Source of the DNA: Chloroflexota bacterium | GTDB lineage: Bacteria > Chloroflexota > UBA11872 | Direction of reading: 5' to 3' | Length of the DNA stretch: 64,000 bases | Assembly (NCBI GenBank): GCA_022820025.1 | Contig: JAJEGF010000001.1 | Coordinates: 4,422-68,421, forward strand | Shown here: positions 48,135 to 58,347 of the stretch, piece after piece | How positions within the stretch are numbered: the first letter of the stretch is position 1 | Layout: every line of letters begins with the position of its first letter | Translations under genes and position numbers: made by a program | The notes under the pieces: model-generated | What the model saw: the letters and a program-made list of their open reading frames with translations, nothing else | Told to the model about the DNA's origin: nothing | The model's database searches: none

Positions 48135-49166
48135 GTGACCACCGTCGCGCTGGCGGACCTGCGGGAGTTTGGGCTCGCGGCGCTGGCCACCCGTGGTGTC
48201 AGCGAGGCTGACGCCGCGCTGGTGATTGACGTCATGCTCGAGCAGGATCTGCGCGGGCACGGCCACCACGGGATCGTGTTACTGGCGCTGCGGATACGCG
48301 ACCTGGACGCCGGGCGGGCACGGGCCGACGCGCAGGTCGAAGTGCTGGCCGACCTTCCCGCGTTCACGGCCCTGGATGCGCACGGAGCGCTGGGACCGGT
48401 GGGAGCCGTCCGGGCCATGGACGCCTGCATCGCCAAGGCGCAAACCCAGGGGGCCGCCATGGCGTCGCTACGCGACATGCCGCACTGGGTCATTCCCGCC
48501 TTCTACAGCATGCGCGCGGCTGCGGCCGGCTTGATTGGCTACTGCTGTTGTTACACCGATCCGTCATTCGCCCCGGTGGGCGGCGCCTCGCGGGTGCTTG
48601 GCAACAACCCCTTGTCCTACGCGATTCCCGCCGATCCGCGCCCGCCCATCGTCGTGGACTTTGGCGTCTCCGCCTCCACCGGACGGATGCGCGAATTGGT
48701 GGCGGATGGCCAGCCGTTACCGGACGGTTGGGCTGTCGACACTGCGGGCTACCCGCTCAGCGACCCGGCCCGGGCCATGTCGGAAGGTGTATTCCTGCCC
48801 ATCGCCGAGCATCGCGGGTACGGCCTGGGCCTCGTGCACGAAATGTTGGCCGCCTCGCTCAACGCCATGCCCATTGCGCTTGAACACCCGCCCGGCCGCT
48901 ACGGCGGCTTCTTCATGGCCTGCCGCGTGGACACCTTCCGGCCGCGCGATGACTTTCTGCGTGACGTGAACCACGCGCTTGACCGCGTAACCAGCAGTCC
49001 TTCTCTCGATCCGGCATGTCCCATCCGCTATCCCGGCGAACAGTCCGGCCTCGCCCTCCGCCGCAACCGAACTCGAGGCCAGGTTGACCTCAGCACCGCG
49101 TCATGGAACCGCGTGCAGGAAGTCGCGGAACTCACCGACGTCCCGGCGCCCGAGGCTGTGGCCTAG
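48135..49166 (+). CDS. Ldh_2-family (malate/L-lactate/sulfolactate-type) NAD(P)H-dependent dehydrogenase
   Basis: It has a family-typical N-terminal region (GHGHHGIVLLALRI) and length. The start is a GTG. Confidence 0.75.
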   Translation: MTTVALADLREFGLAALATRGVSEADAALVIDVMLEQDLRGHGHHGIVLLALRIRDLDAGRARADAQVEVLADLPAFTALDAHGALGPVGAVRAMDACIAKAQTQGAAMASLRDMPHWVIPAFYSMRAAAAGLIGYCCCYTDPSFAPVGGASRVLGNNPLSYAIPADPRPPIVVDFGVSASTGRMRELVADGQPLPDGWAVDTAGYPLSDPARAMSEGVFLPIAEHRGYGLGLVHEMLAASLNAMPIALEHPPGRYGGFFMACRVDTFRPRDDFLRDVNHALDRVTSSPSLDPACPIRYPGEQSGLALRRNRTRGQVDLSTASWNRVQEVAELTDVPAPEAVA

Positions 49167-49184
49167 GACCGAGGCTCGGGCGCC

Positions 49185-52100
49185 TTACCGGAACCTGGAG
49201 ACAACGACGGCGTTGGCCGGGAGCGGGTAGCGTCCGCCGCGCTTGAGTTCGCGGGGGACGGTGGCGCGGCCGCCGCGACGGGCGGAGACGCCGGCGAAGA
49301 CGCGCAGCGGCGTGCCTTCGGCGCTCACGCGCTGCATGACGTGGGCCATGCCGACCTGGCGCTGGTTGGTGTCAAGAGCAGCGCTGGTGACGATCCCAAC
49401 CCAGCCGCCACGGCCATCCACCACCGGGTCGCCCTCGCGAGCGATCGGCACGCGCTCGTCGGTGATAGCGAAACGCACAATCTGGCTGGTGCGGCGCTGC
49501 TCGCGCGCGATGAATCCGGAGCGCCCGATGAAGAACGGCTTGTAGAGCTTCACGAAGCCGCCGAATCCCGCGTCGCCCGGCGTCAGGTCCAACTCGCCAC
49601 CCAGTTCGTGACCGTAGAGCGGCAGCCCGGCCTCGGTCCGGGTCGAGTCGCGCGAACCCAGGCCGGCCGGACGAACGCCGTCGTCAAAGCCCGCGTCCAG
49701 GATCGCGTGCCACAGGTCATTGGCGGCCTCGGGATGCACCAGGAGCTCAAAGCCCACGCGCTCGCCCGTGTATCCGGTGTGTGCGACTTCCAAGTCGATA
49801 CCAGCAAGCGTGAACGACCCGACATCGAACCCTCGCATGCGTCGCAAACGACGTCGCGACTCGTCATCGGGCGTCAATCGGCCGAGCACGTCGCGTGATC
49901 GAGGGCCTTGCAGTGCCAGATCCAGGCGCCGCTCGTCGCCTTCGGCCTCGGCCTTCAGGTCGCGCAGCGTGACCTGAATCGGAGCTTCGGCCCACGGATC
50001 GTCCGGCTCGATTTCGTACTGACGCTCATTAACGCCGTTGAGCCAGACCCAGTTCTTCTCGGTGTTGGCCGCGTTGACCACGGCCAGGAATCGCTCTCGT
50101 TCCATCCGGTAGATGATCAGGTCGTCCAGCGGGTGGCCGGTGGGATCCAGCAGGTAGGTGTAGGCCGCCCGACCATTTGGCAATCGCGAGGCATTGGCGG
50201 TCGTCACCAGGTCCAGGAACTCGCCGGCGTGCTCACCCTCGACGGCGAAGACCCCCATGTGCCCAACGTCGAACAGGCCGGCCGCCCTTCGAACCGCCGC
50301 ATGCTCCTCGGCGATGCCGCCGTAGTAGACCGGCATCGACCAGCCGGCGAAGGGCACCATGCGGGCGCCCAGGTCGTTGCTGTGAACGTCGTGCAGCGGG
50401 GTCTGGCGCAGCGGATCGCCTTCCCGCCACAGGCCGCCCAGCAGCGCGCCCCACACGGGGCCACGCAGCTGGACCTGGGCCAGCGGATCACTGGCCTCTT
50501 GCGACCAATCGAACCGGGGCCGGGCCTCGGACAGCTCCGCGGGCAGCCTTGCCTGCCGTCCCAGGAAGAATGGACGGCTCAGGTCAGGCGCGGGCGCCAG
50601 CGGCAGCCGAGTCCGCACGACGTTGCGTGCCTTCAATTCCGCTTCGACGACTACGGCGTCGGCCGCTGGATACAGCAGCACGGCCGCACGGCCGTCGCGG
50701 GCCAGCAGGGCGGGTACGGCGGCAACGTCGAGGGTGGTTACGCCCGCTTTCGCGCCGAGGCGGTCGGCGTCCGCCGCGCCTATGGTCATGCCGGTCATGC
50801 CCCGGCTGACGTGCGCCGCGTCGGCAACCGCAATTGGTCCGACGATCTTGCGACTCGGCTCGTCCGGGTCAATCAGCGCGTAGCCGTCCGCGACTTCCTG
50901 CAGCCACTCGGCCGCGCATTCGCTGATCGCGGGGTCGAGCACCGCAAAGAGCCGACGGTCGCGGGGCGACCGGTCCTCGTCAGGGCGCACGAACAACACC
51001 GGTTGGACATTGCCGGCGGGATCGGAAATGCCGGCGTGAACGGCCTCGCCCGGCTCCATATCGCGTACCCGTTGATCCGCGATTTCGTCGGCGAAAGCCA
51101 GAACCCGGCGCCCGCGCAGTTCCAATATTCCCGAGGGTGGCGTAGCGGCTGGCGCCGGCACGTTTTCCGCGCGTCCGCGCGCCGCAAACTCGGCAACGTC
51201 ATGGCGAAGTTGTAACTGCGTGAGAAAGTCGAGGCGTCCGCGGTATCGCGGCGACCGGCGGCCGGGATAGGTCACGCCCACCATCGCCTTGAACGACCGG
51301 GCCAGAATGTCGGCCAGCACGTCCATGTCGTCGGCGGTGTAACCGCGCTGGGTCAGCCAGGGCGTACCCAGGCGCACGCCGGTGGGGGCCGCGAATCCCA
51401 CGTCGCCGGGCAGCGAATTGCGATTGGCCACGAGGCCGATGCTGTCCAGCATGCGCACGGCGGGTTCGCCGCGCAGGTCGCCGCCGGCGCCGGTGCGCTT
51501 CAGGTCGATTACCAGCAGGTGGGTGTCGGTGCCGCCGTAGGCGAGACCCACGCCGCGTTCCGTCAGGGCCTCCGCCAGGGCCGTGGCATTTGCCCGGATT
51601 TGCCGCTGCGTCGCACGAAATTCGGGCGAGTCCGCGATCTTGAAGGCTGCGGCCATCGCCCCGATCTTGTTCAGATGGGGACCGCCCTGTTCGCCGGGAA
51701 AAACCGCGCGGTCGATCCGGCGCATCAGCCGCCGTCGGTGCGAAAGAATCACCGCGCCACGGGGTCCGAACAGCGTCTTGTGGGTCGTGAACGTGACCAC
51801 GTCGGCCAGGCCCACCGGCGACGGATACTCGCCCGCCACCACCATCCCGGCCGGATGCGAAATGTCCGCCAGCAGGTAGGCGCCGACCTCGTCGGCAATG
51901 GCGCGAAACCGCTCCCAGTCCGGCGCCCACGGGTACGAGGTGTAGCCGGCCACGATGATGCGCGGGCGGTCGCGCCGCGCGATTTCGGCGATCTGGTCAT
52001 AGTCCAGCCGGCCATCGACATGATCAATGCTGTAGCTGGACGCCTGGAATCGACGGCCGCTGCGATTGACCGACGCTCCGTGGCTCAAGTGCCCGCCGTG

Positions 52101-52589
52101 GGCCAGCGCCAGTCCCAGGATGGTGTCGTTGGGCTCCAGCAGCGCCTCGTAGACCGCGTTGTTGGCGGCCGCGCCCGACAGCGCCTGCACGTTGACGAAC
52201 AAGCTGTCGGCGGGAACGCGCGCGTTGGCAAACAGGGCTGCACAGCGTCGTTGCGCCAGGGACTCCACCAGGTTGGTGTAGTCGTTCCCGCGGTAGTAGC
52301 GGCGGTCGCCGTAACGCCGGAATCTCGCCAGTTGGGCCCCGGTGTCCGCCAGTCGCTCCGGCAGGTCGCGGCGCATCGGCCCGGAGGGATATCCCTCGGC
52401 GTAGATGCTCGTCAGCGGCGAACCCAGCGCGGCCCGCACCGGGGCCGGCGTGAGGCTCTCCGATGGAATCAGGATCAGCTTGTCGCGCTGCCGGCGGTGC
52501 TCCTGCGCAATGAGATCCGCTACCAGCGGATCGACATCGTCAAGGTCCTGGTCAAAGACGAGATCGGCGTAAGTCGAATTAGCGGTCAT
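49185..52589 (-). CDS. Fusion of serine hydroxymethyltransferase (N-terminal ~480 aa) with a glycine-cleavage T-protein-like aminomethyltransferase domain (C-terminal ~370 aa), 1134 aa
   Basis: The N-terminal part has SHMT motifs (LIPSESL..., THKTLFGPRGAVI). The C-terminal part has GcvT motifs (GLFDVGHMGVF..., C-terminal barrel). It is a single uninterrupted ORF. Confidence 0.85.
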   Translation of the reverse strand: MTANSTYADLVFDQDLDDVDPLVADLIAQEHRRQRDKLILIPSESLTPAPVRAALGSPLTSIYAEGYPSGPMRRDLPERLADTGAQLARFRRYGDRRYYRGNDYTNLVESLAQRRCAALFANARVPADSLFVNVQALSGAAANNAVYEALLEPNDTILGLALAHGGHLSHGASVNRSGRRFQASSYSIDHVDGRLDYDQIAEIARRDRPRIIVAGYTSYPWAPDWERFRAIADEVGAYLLADISHPAGMVVAGEYPSPVGLADVVTFTTHKTLFGPRGAVILSHRRRLMRRIDRAVFPGEQGGPHLNKIGAMAAAFKIADSPEFRATQRQIRANATALAEALTERGVGLAYGGTDTHLLVIDLKRTGAGGDLRGEPAVRMLDSIGLVANRNSLPGDVGFAAPTGVRLGTPWLTQRGYTADDMDVLADILARSFKAMVGVTYPGRRSPRYRGRLDFLTQLQLRHDVAEFAARGRAENVPAPAATPPSGILELRGRRVLAFADEIADQRVRDMEPGEAVHAGISDPAGNVQPVLFVRPDEDRSPRDRRLFAVLDPAISECAAEWLQEVADGYALIDPDEPSRKIVGPIAVADAAHVSRGMTGMTIGAADADRLGAKAGVTTLDVAAVPALLARDGRAAVLLYPAADAVVVEAELKARNVVRTRLPLAPAPDLSRPFFLGRQARLPAELSEARPRFDWSQEASDPLAQVQLRGPVWGALLGGLWREGDPLRQTPLHDVHSNDLGARMVPFAGWSMPVYYGGIAEEHAAVRRAAGLFDVGHMGVFAVEGEHAGEFLDLVTTANASRLPNGRAAYTYLLDPTGHPLDDLIIYRMERERFLAVVNAANTEKNWVWLNGVNERQYEIEPDDPWAEAPIQVTLRDLKAEAEGDERRLDLALQGPRSRDVLGRLTPDDESRRRLRRMRGFDVGSFTLAGIDLEVAHTGYTGERVGFELLVHPEAANDLWHAILDAGFDDGVRPAGLGSRDSTRTEAGLPLYGHELGGELDLTPGDAGFGGFVKLYKPFFIGRSGFIAREQRRTSQIVRFAITDERVPIAREGDPVVDGRGGWVGIVTSAALDTNQRQVGMAHVMQRVSAEGTPLRVFAGVSARRGGRATVPRELKRGGRYPLPANAVVVSRFR

Positions 52590-52692
52590 GAGTTCGCCTG
52601 GGATCCCAGCCCTTCCAGCTTAAGGCCACGCTAGAGTCCGGATCGTGACACGGCGCACCAACCGCGTGGTCGGTCCTGACGCGCTGTGGTGT

Positions 52693-53397
52693 CTAGCGCT
52701 GGACCCGGCGGCCTTCGCGGAGGGCGCGGGAGCGGGCCTGCTGCATGGTTTCGCGGACCCTGCCGCCGAAGCGTTCCTCCAGCCAGGGGTCGCCACGGAC
52801 GTGGTAGCCGGCGCGTTCCCAGAAGCCCGGTTCCTCGTGGTCCATGAACTCCAGGCCGCGCACCCACTTGGCGCTCTTCCAGAAGTAGAGGCTGGGCAGC
52901 ACCAGGCGCAGCGGGCCGCCGTGCTCATGGCTGAGCGGGGCGCCGTCGTGATCAAACGCGAACAGCACGTCGTCCTGGTCCAGTTCGGACAGCGCCAGGT
53001 TGGCGGTGTAGTTCGGGTCGGCGTGGACCATGACGAACTGGGCTTCGGGCAGCGGCTTCACCCGCGACAGGACCTCGCGGACGTGGATTCCACGCCACAG
53101 GTTGTCGTACTTGCTCCAATGCGTGACGCAGTGGATGTCGGAGGTGATTTCAATCTGCGGAAGCGAAATGAACTCGTCCCACGTCCAGCGCACGTCCTCT
53201 TCGACCAGTCCAGTGATTCGGAAGTCCCACCTGGACATGTCGTAGGGGCGCGGCTCCATGTAGTGGAGGACCGGCCACTTGTCGGTGAGGCGTTGGTCGG
53301 GCGGCAGGCGCGGCTCGCGCAGTTCGGGCGGCCGCGGGGTCACGTCGGGCACGTCGGCTACGGGCTTGGAGTTGCCGCGCAGGAATCGGTTGAACAT
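52693..53397 (-). CDS. Molybdopterin-dependent sulfite-oxidase-fold oxidoreductase (MsrP/YedY-like)
   Basis: It has the DIHCVTHWS motif and oxidoreductase molybdopterin-binding-domain length. Confidence 0.8.
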   Translation of the reverse strand: MFNRFLRGNSKPVADVPDVTPRPPELREPRLPPDQRLTDKWPVLHYMEPRPYDMSRWDFRITGLVEEDVRWTWDEFISLPQIEITSDIHCVTHWSKYDNLWRGIHVREVLSRVKPLPEAQFVMVHADPNYTANLALSELDQDDVLFAFDHDGAPLSHEHGGPLRLVLPSLYFWKSAKWVRGLEFMDHEEPGFWERAGYHVRGDPWLEERFGGRVRETMQQARSRALREGRRVQR

Positions 53398-53468
53398 TGG
53401 GTTGAATGCTTGAGACCTTCTGACTCGACCGTACGCGCCTGTGGTGTTGGGCGCAACCGCGCGCCGGG

Positions 53469-55043
53469 TTAGCCGACGGGCGCGTCGGACTCGATAGCCG
53501 GTGGGTCGACCGCGTTCACGATCATGCGTGCCACGTCGGCAATCGCCTCCGACGATCGATCGCGATTGGGCGTCCGATCCACCAGCAGCACCACCGTGAC
53601 GGGTCCCATGGCGGTGTAGACGATGCCGGCATCGTTACTGGCGTCGGGATAGTCGCCGGTCTTGTGGGCCACGGCGTGGTGCCGCAGCCAGCGCGGGATC
53701 CGGTTGGTCCGGCGCTCCCGAAGCAGCAGATCGCGCATGGCTCCGATTTCGCTCAGCGTTGGCTGCCAGACGCCAGGTCGCAGACCGACCATGCGTTCCA
53801 GCACATCCGCCATTTCGCGCGCGGTCGTGACTGGTTCGTTGACGTTGACCGTGGTGACCTGCAGACCCTCGCGCCGCAGGTCAAAGTCGATGTTCTGGTA
53901 GCCCACGCGGTCCGCAAGCAGGATCGCGGAGGCGTTGTCGCTGACCGTGATGGCGTGGGTGAGCGCCGTGCCAACGTCGATCTGCTGACCCGGCTCCAAG
54001 CTCACCGGTGGGTCGGCGCGTTCCGCCACGGACTCGTCCATCGTCAGGAGTTCGCCGAACGACAGCAGTCTCGCCGCGCGCTGGCGAAAGGCTTCGCGCA
54101 GCAGCAGCGTCTTCCAGACGCTGAGCGTGCGCATAGCTCGGTCGGCGTTGATGGCCACCAGGGGACGGTTGGAGCCCGAGGTGGCGGCAAAGACAGCCCA
54201 GTCGCCAGGCTCCCGCCGGATGCGAGCGCGAACAGCCGCCGTCAATCGCTCGTGGATCGTTCGCCCCGCGGATTCCAGCCACGCGTCCATGCTGGACACC
54301 GGCCTGGCGCGGTCATGGGTTACCAGTCCCAGGTCGACCACGAGCTGTCCCACGGGCCGCGCCCGCACGACTTGACTATCGGTGGCACGTTCCAGGACGC
54401 CGCGCTGGAAGCGCTGCACGATCGTCTGGCCGAATTGCTGGGGCTGTGACATCGGCAGGCCGAATCGCCGCAGCGCCCGGTTCCGGTCCCACGCCAGGAA
54501 GCGGGCCGGCGAGGGGTTTCCAAAGTAGGCGGCCCGAATGGGGTCGTCCGTCAGCCAGGCCAGCCGCGCGTCAGAACTGGCGCCGGAATCTTCGGGCATC
54601 GGCACCTGGCGCTGGTCGTGCAGCCAGCGCGTGTGGCCGGCCGCGTCCAGCAGTTCCAGCACGTTGGCCGGGGCGAGATTCACGTCGCGGCGCGGTGACT
54701 GGATCGCCCCGTGGGTGAAGGCCTGGATAGCCAGACCATCTCTCCCGAAGGGGAGGCTGACCGGATAGCCGAGAACGTGCGGGCCGCCGACGCTGCGATA
54801 GACGTCCCACCAGGGCCGCCGTCCATTGAACACGGCGAATCCCGCGTCCGGCGCCGGCGACGCCTGGCGAAAGTGGTGCCCATTCTCGATGGCGAAGTCC
54901 TGGGGCACGTCTTCGTCGGTCAGTCCGGGACCAACAAACGGCGCGGCGGCCAGCGTTCCGGCGACGATTCTCCCGAACGCCCGTCGCCCAATCGGCGGTG
55001 ACCCGCCGTGCCCGTGCCCGGGCGGCGGGTCGTAATCAGCCAC
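53469..55043 (-). CDS. Secreted two-domain protein: an N-terminal domain of unknown function plus a class-A beta-lactamase-like serine hydrolase
   Basis: It has a Tat-like signal (GRRAFGRIVAG). The motifs are SxxK (SVWK), SDN (ITVSDNASA) and KTG (HKTGD). The N-terminal block is shared with the gene at 44108-45433. Confidence 0.75.
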   Translation of the reverse strand: MADYDPPPGHGHGGSPPIGRRAFGRIVAGTLAAAPFVGPGLTDEDVPQDFAIENGHHFRQASPAPDAGFAVFNGRRPWWDVYRSVGGPHVLGYPVSLPFGRDGLAIQAFTHGAIQSPRRDVNLAPANVLELLDAAGHTRWLHDQRQVPMPEDSGASSDARLAWLTDDPIRAAYFGNPSPARFLAWDRNRALRRFGLPMSQPQQFGQTIVQRFQRGVLERATDSQVVRARPVGQLVVDLGLVTHDRARPVSSMDAWLESAGRTIHERLTAAVRARIRREPGDWAVFAATSGSNRPLVAINADRAMRTLSVWKTLLLREAFRQRAARLLSFGELLTMDESVAERADPPVSLEPGQQIDVGTALTHAITVSDNASAILLADRVGYQNIDFDLRREGLQVTTVNVNEPVTTAREMADVLERMVGLRPGVWQPTLSEIGAMRDLLLRERRTNRIPRWLRHHAVAHKTGDYPDASNDAGIVYTAMGPVTVVLLVDRTPNRDRSSEAIADVARMIVNAVDPPAIESDAPVG

Positions 55044-55048
55044 GCACG

Positions 55049-56908
55049 TCAGCCGAGGGCCACGGGCACATTGCCGAAGTAGGTCAGCGATTGACCTAAC
55101 CCCGGCGCGGAATCGGCCATGGATGGACCTTCCGCGCCCAGCGGATCGCCGCGCTCATGCACGAAGGTGGTGACCCGAAACCGCAGCGAGGCCGGATCGC
55201 GTTGGATTTCCAGCGCGGGAATCAGAATGATGACGCGCGACCCGTCAACGAACGCGGCGGCGCCGGTGGGTGCGGCGGCGGCGGGATTGACAGCCGTGCG
55301 CTTCTGGAGTCGCCAGGGCGGCGCGGCGTCGGGTCGGTAGATCAGTTCGAACCACGTGTCGGTGTTCTGGAAGAGGTCGAAGTCGCCGACCTGGGGTCTC
55401 CAGTCGTCGCTGATGCTGTCGGTGGCCTGTAACGCAAGGGCAATCTGGAAGCCGAGATTGCTGTCGGCCCGCGGCAGTCGGTCGGCCAGCTCAATCAGGA
55501 ACGCCACAAACGTCCCGTCGGCCATTGACGGGGCCACGGGCTCCACCGCGAACCACGCGCTCCGCAGGAGGTCCAGGTCGGCGCCCGTTAAGTCCGTGGT
55601 TCCGCTGGTGATGCGCCGAATGTCGGCGAAGGCGAACCCGCTGACCGGCGAAAGGTCATGAATCGAGAAATAGTCCGCGCTGCGATCGACATGAAAGAGG
55701 GGCTGATCGTCGGCGGGGACGATGGCCAGGGTACGGTCGACGGCCCGGGCGCCCAGCACGACGGTCCCAGCGGCCACCTGGGCATCGAGTTGCTGGCCGG
55801 TCTGGTAGCGCCACGTCGACTCATCCGTGCCTCGAATCAGCACGAGGGGAATGGTCTGCTCGGTTCCCGCCCGCAGGTCAAGCCTGCCGATACGGTCGGG
55901 AACCAGCGCGGCGGACCCCTTCGTCCGGGTGAGCCGCAATTCCGCCGCTCCGTCGCCGCCCAGGTTCACGAGCCGGCAGGCGGTTCGCTGCATAAGGGCA
56001 CCGCTGGGAACGTCAACGCTGTCGGGACACAGCGTGGCGACCAGGGGAGCCGCAACGTCGCTGGCGCCGGCGGCGGCGCGCGGCAGCGCCAGCTGGTAAT
56101 CCTCAATCTCACCGGCCTGCCAGCGCCCGCCGCCATCCCAGGCGTCGCCCACAATGCGTTCCCGCGTCAGGGCCACCCGCATCCAGGCGCCGTCGGGCAG
56201 CCGACTCGCGCCGCCGAGCGCGAAGGGAAGCGTGCGGACCGATCGGGACGTTCCCGAGGCCAGGTTGACGACGAGATTCCGGACCGCCCATTCGGGCGTC
56301 GCGTCTTCACCAACGCTCCAGCGGCCATCCAGATTCATGTCGATCAGGACGTTCAGGTACCGGGGGCCCGACGGCGCGCCAGACGCCAGCGACACCATCA
56401 CATCCAGCGTGGCCTGAGCCGGCGCCCGGTCGAGGGCCAGCGTCAACGACAGCACGCCGTCATCCCCGTCATCACCATTGACCAGGTTGGGCACGCCGTC
56501 CGGATCCGCCCGGTCGTCTGCCCCGGCCTCCGCCGTGACGATGTCGCCGAGCCGGTCGGCGCCGGGCCGCAGCACGTGGGCGCCCGGATTCGGGCTGCTG
56601 CGGGTGTCGAGGCGGGTGGGGAAGCGGCCGATGACGCGGGTGCCGCGGTAGCCGGCCGGCGCGCCGTCGGGCGCGTCCCCAAAGTCGGCGGCGAGCGCCG
56701 GGGGAGCGGTGGGACTGGCTTCCGACCTGACTGGCGCCGGGGGCGCCTGTGTGACCGCCGGAACGGCGTCAACCGTCGGCGTAGCGATCGGACTCACGGC
56801 CGCTGGCGGCGCTCCCGACTCGTCGGCCGGCTCGCAGCTCACCAACGCCAGCATGGAGACGACCAGCGCGACAGCCTGACGACGGGCGGTGAGACGCATT
56901 AGGCGCAA
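55049..56908 (-). CDS. Secreted lipoprotein of unknown function with a GEVED-like motif
   Basis: It has a signal plus LVSC lipobox, a Pro/Ala-rich linker, and a GEIEDYQL motif resembling the GEVED domain. Confidence 0.65.
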   Translation of the reverse strand: MRLMRLTARRQAVALVVSMLALVSCEPADESGAPPAAVSPIATPTVDAVPAVTQAPPAPVRSEASPTAPPALAADFGDAPDGAPAGYRGTRVIGRFPTRLDTRSSPNPGAHVLRPGADRLGDIVTAEAGADDRADPDGVPNLVNGDDGDDGVLSLTLALDRAPAQATLDVMVSLASGAPSGPRYLNVLIDMNLDGRWSVGEDATPEWAVRNLVVNLASGTSRSVRTLPFALGGASRLPDGAWMRVALTRERIVGDAWDGGGRWQAGEIEDYQLALPRAAAGASDVAAPLVATLCPDSVDVPSGALMQRTACRLVNLGGDGAAELRLTRTKGSAALVPDRIGRLDLRAGTEQTIPLVLIRGTDESTWRYQTGQQLDAQVAAGTVVLGARAVDRTLAIVPADDQPLFHVDRSADYFSIHDLSPVSGFAFADIRRITSGTTDLTGADLDLLRSAWFAVEPVAPSMADGTFVAFLIELADRLPRADSNLGFQIALALQATDSISDDWRPQVGDFDLFQNTDTWFELIYRPDAAPPWRLQKRTAVNPAAAAPTGAAAFVDGSRVIILIPALEIQRDPASLRFRVTTFVHERGDPLGAEGPSMADSAPGLGQSLTYFGNVPVALG

Positions 56909-57029
56909 CCAGTCCAGCGTTCAGTTCAGGCTATCCGACCCGACTCTGGTGGAGATTCAGCCGATCGCCGGATCGCTGCTGTCCCCGCGGAGCCGGAGGG
57001 AACCGCTGATTGCATGAAGGCCGCACGCG

Positions 57030-57494
57030 CTAAGAGGAAGCGGCCGCGGCTTTCTGACTATTTCGCCGGCCGTTGGCGCGGGTACCCACCGGGTCCGGGG
57101 CGTAGGTGGCGTGGGAGTCGGGGGTTTCCCAGAGGGTGACGGCGATGACGGGGAAGCCGAGGGCGCGGGTCTGCTCGAAGACGAGGCGGGCGAGGTTTTC
57201 GGTGGTGGGGTTGTCGTCGATGAGGTAGGCGTGCTGGCCGAGGGCCTCAATGGCGTCCACGAGCGGGTCGTCGCGGCGCAGGATCATGCGGTGGTCAAGA
57301 TGCTCGTCGATCCAGGCCTGGATGCTGTGTCGCACGTCGCGGAAGTCGGCGACCATGCCCAAGTCGTCGAGGGTGTCCGAGGCGAGGCGGATCTCGACGC
57401 GTCCGTTGTGGCCGTGGGGCTGGTTGCATTTGCCCTGGTAGTCGATGAGACGGTGGCCGAAGCAGAAGTCGATGTGTTTGACGATTTCGTACAT
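57030..57494 (-). CDS. queD: 6-carboxytetrahydropterin synthase (QueD/PTPS family)
   Basis: It has the CxxxHGH motif (CNQPHGHNGRVE). The internal ATG at 57494 is preferred. Confidence 0.85.
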   Translation of the reverse strand: MYEIVKHIDFCFGHRLIDYQGKCNQPHGHNGRVEIRLASDTLDDLGMVADFRDVRHSIQAWIDEHLDHRMILRRDDPLVDAIEALGQHAYLIDDNPTTENLARLVFEQTRALGFPVIAVTLWETPDSHATYAPDPVGTRANGRRNSQKAAAASS

Positions 57495-57511
57495 GACGCG
57501 GCTGGCTCCTG

Positions 57512-58251
57512 TCAGGAGACGGTGCGGCCGCCGTCGACGGGGATGACGGCGCCGGTGACGAAGTCGGTGGCTTCGACGAGGTAGCGGACGGTCTGGGCGA
57601 TGTCCTCGGGATCGCCGATGCGGCCGAGGGGGGTGGCGGCGGCAACGGCGTCGATGGTTTCCTGGCTGAAGTCGGCGGGCATGAGGATGGGGCCGGGGGC
57701 GATGGCGTTGACCATGACGGTGGGCGCCAGTTCCTTGGCGAAGACGCGGGTGAGCGTGACGATGCCGCCCTTGGCGACGAAGTAGGGGGCGTAGTTGACG
57801 TAGGGGCGGTCGACGGCCCAATCGGCGATGTTGATGATCTTGCCGCGCCCCCGGTCGCGCATGTGGAGGCCGAAGAGCCAGCAGCCGAGGTAGGGGCCCT
57901 TGAGGTTGACGGCGATGTTGCGGTCGAAGTCGTCCTCGGTGAGGTGGTCCAGCGGGGTCTCGAAGTAGATGGACGCGTTGTTGAGGAGGACGTCCACGCC
58001 GCCGAAACGTTCGATGGCGGCGTCGCGGATGCGTTCGACGCCCGCTTTGGTCGAGACGTCGGCCTGGACGGCGAGCGAGCCGACGCCGAGGGCGGTGAAG
58101 TCCTGGACCGCCTCGCGAGCTTCGTCGGCGGAGGTGCGGTAGTTGACGACGATGTTGGCGCCGCGCTCGGCCAGCCGGGTGGCGACGTGGCGCCCGACGC
58201 GGCGCGCGCCGCCGGTGACGACGACGGTTGCGCCCTGGAGGTCCATGAACT
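57512..58251 (-). CDS. SDR-family oxidoreductase (pteridine-reductase-like)
   Basis: It has TGGARRVG Rossmann and YxxxK (YFVAK) motifs, and it lies immediately upstream of queD on the same strand. Confidence 0.85.
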
Positions 58252-58347
58252 TCTGCCTTCGATTGGCGGCCGCCGGCGGACCACCGTCACGGTTACATCG
58301 TACGCTGCGACGGGTTGCCGGGATGTAGCGATTTCCACGGGGGATGG

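Noticed and set aside
52590-52692. Glycine riboswitch upstream of the SHMT-GcvT fusion gene
   Set aside because: The leader is only ~100 nt and lacks the tandem GGAGAG...CACCGAAGGGGCAA aptamer hallmarks.
53664-56902. 261-aa and 414-aa plus-strand ORFs
   Set aside because: They are antisense to the beta-lactamase-like and lipoprotein genes, and are Arg/Gly-rich.
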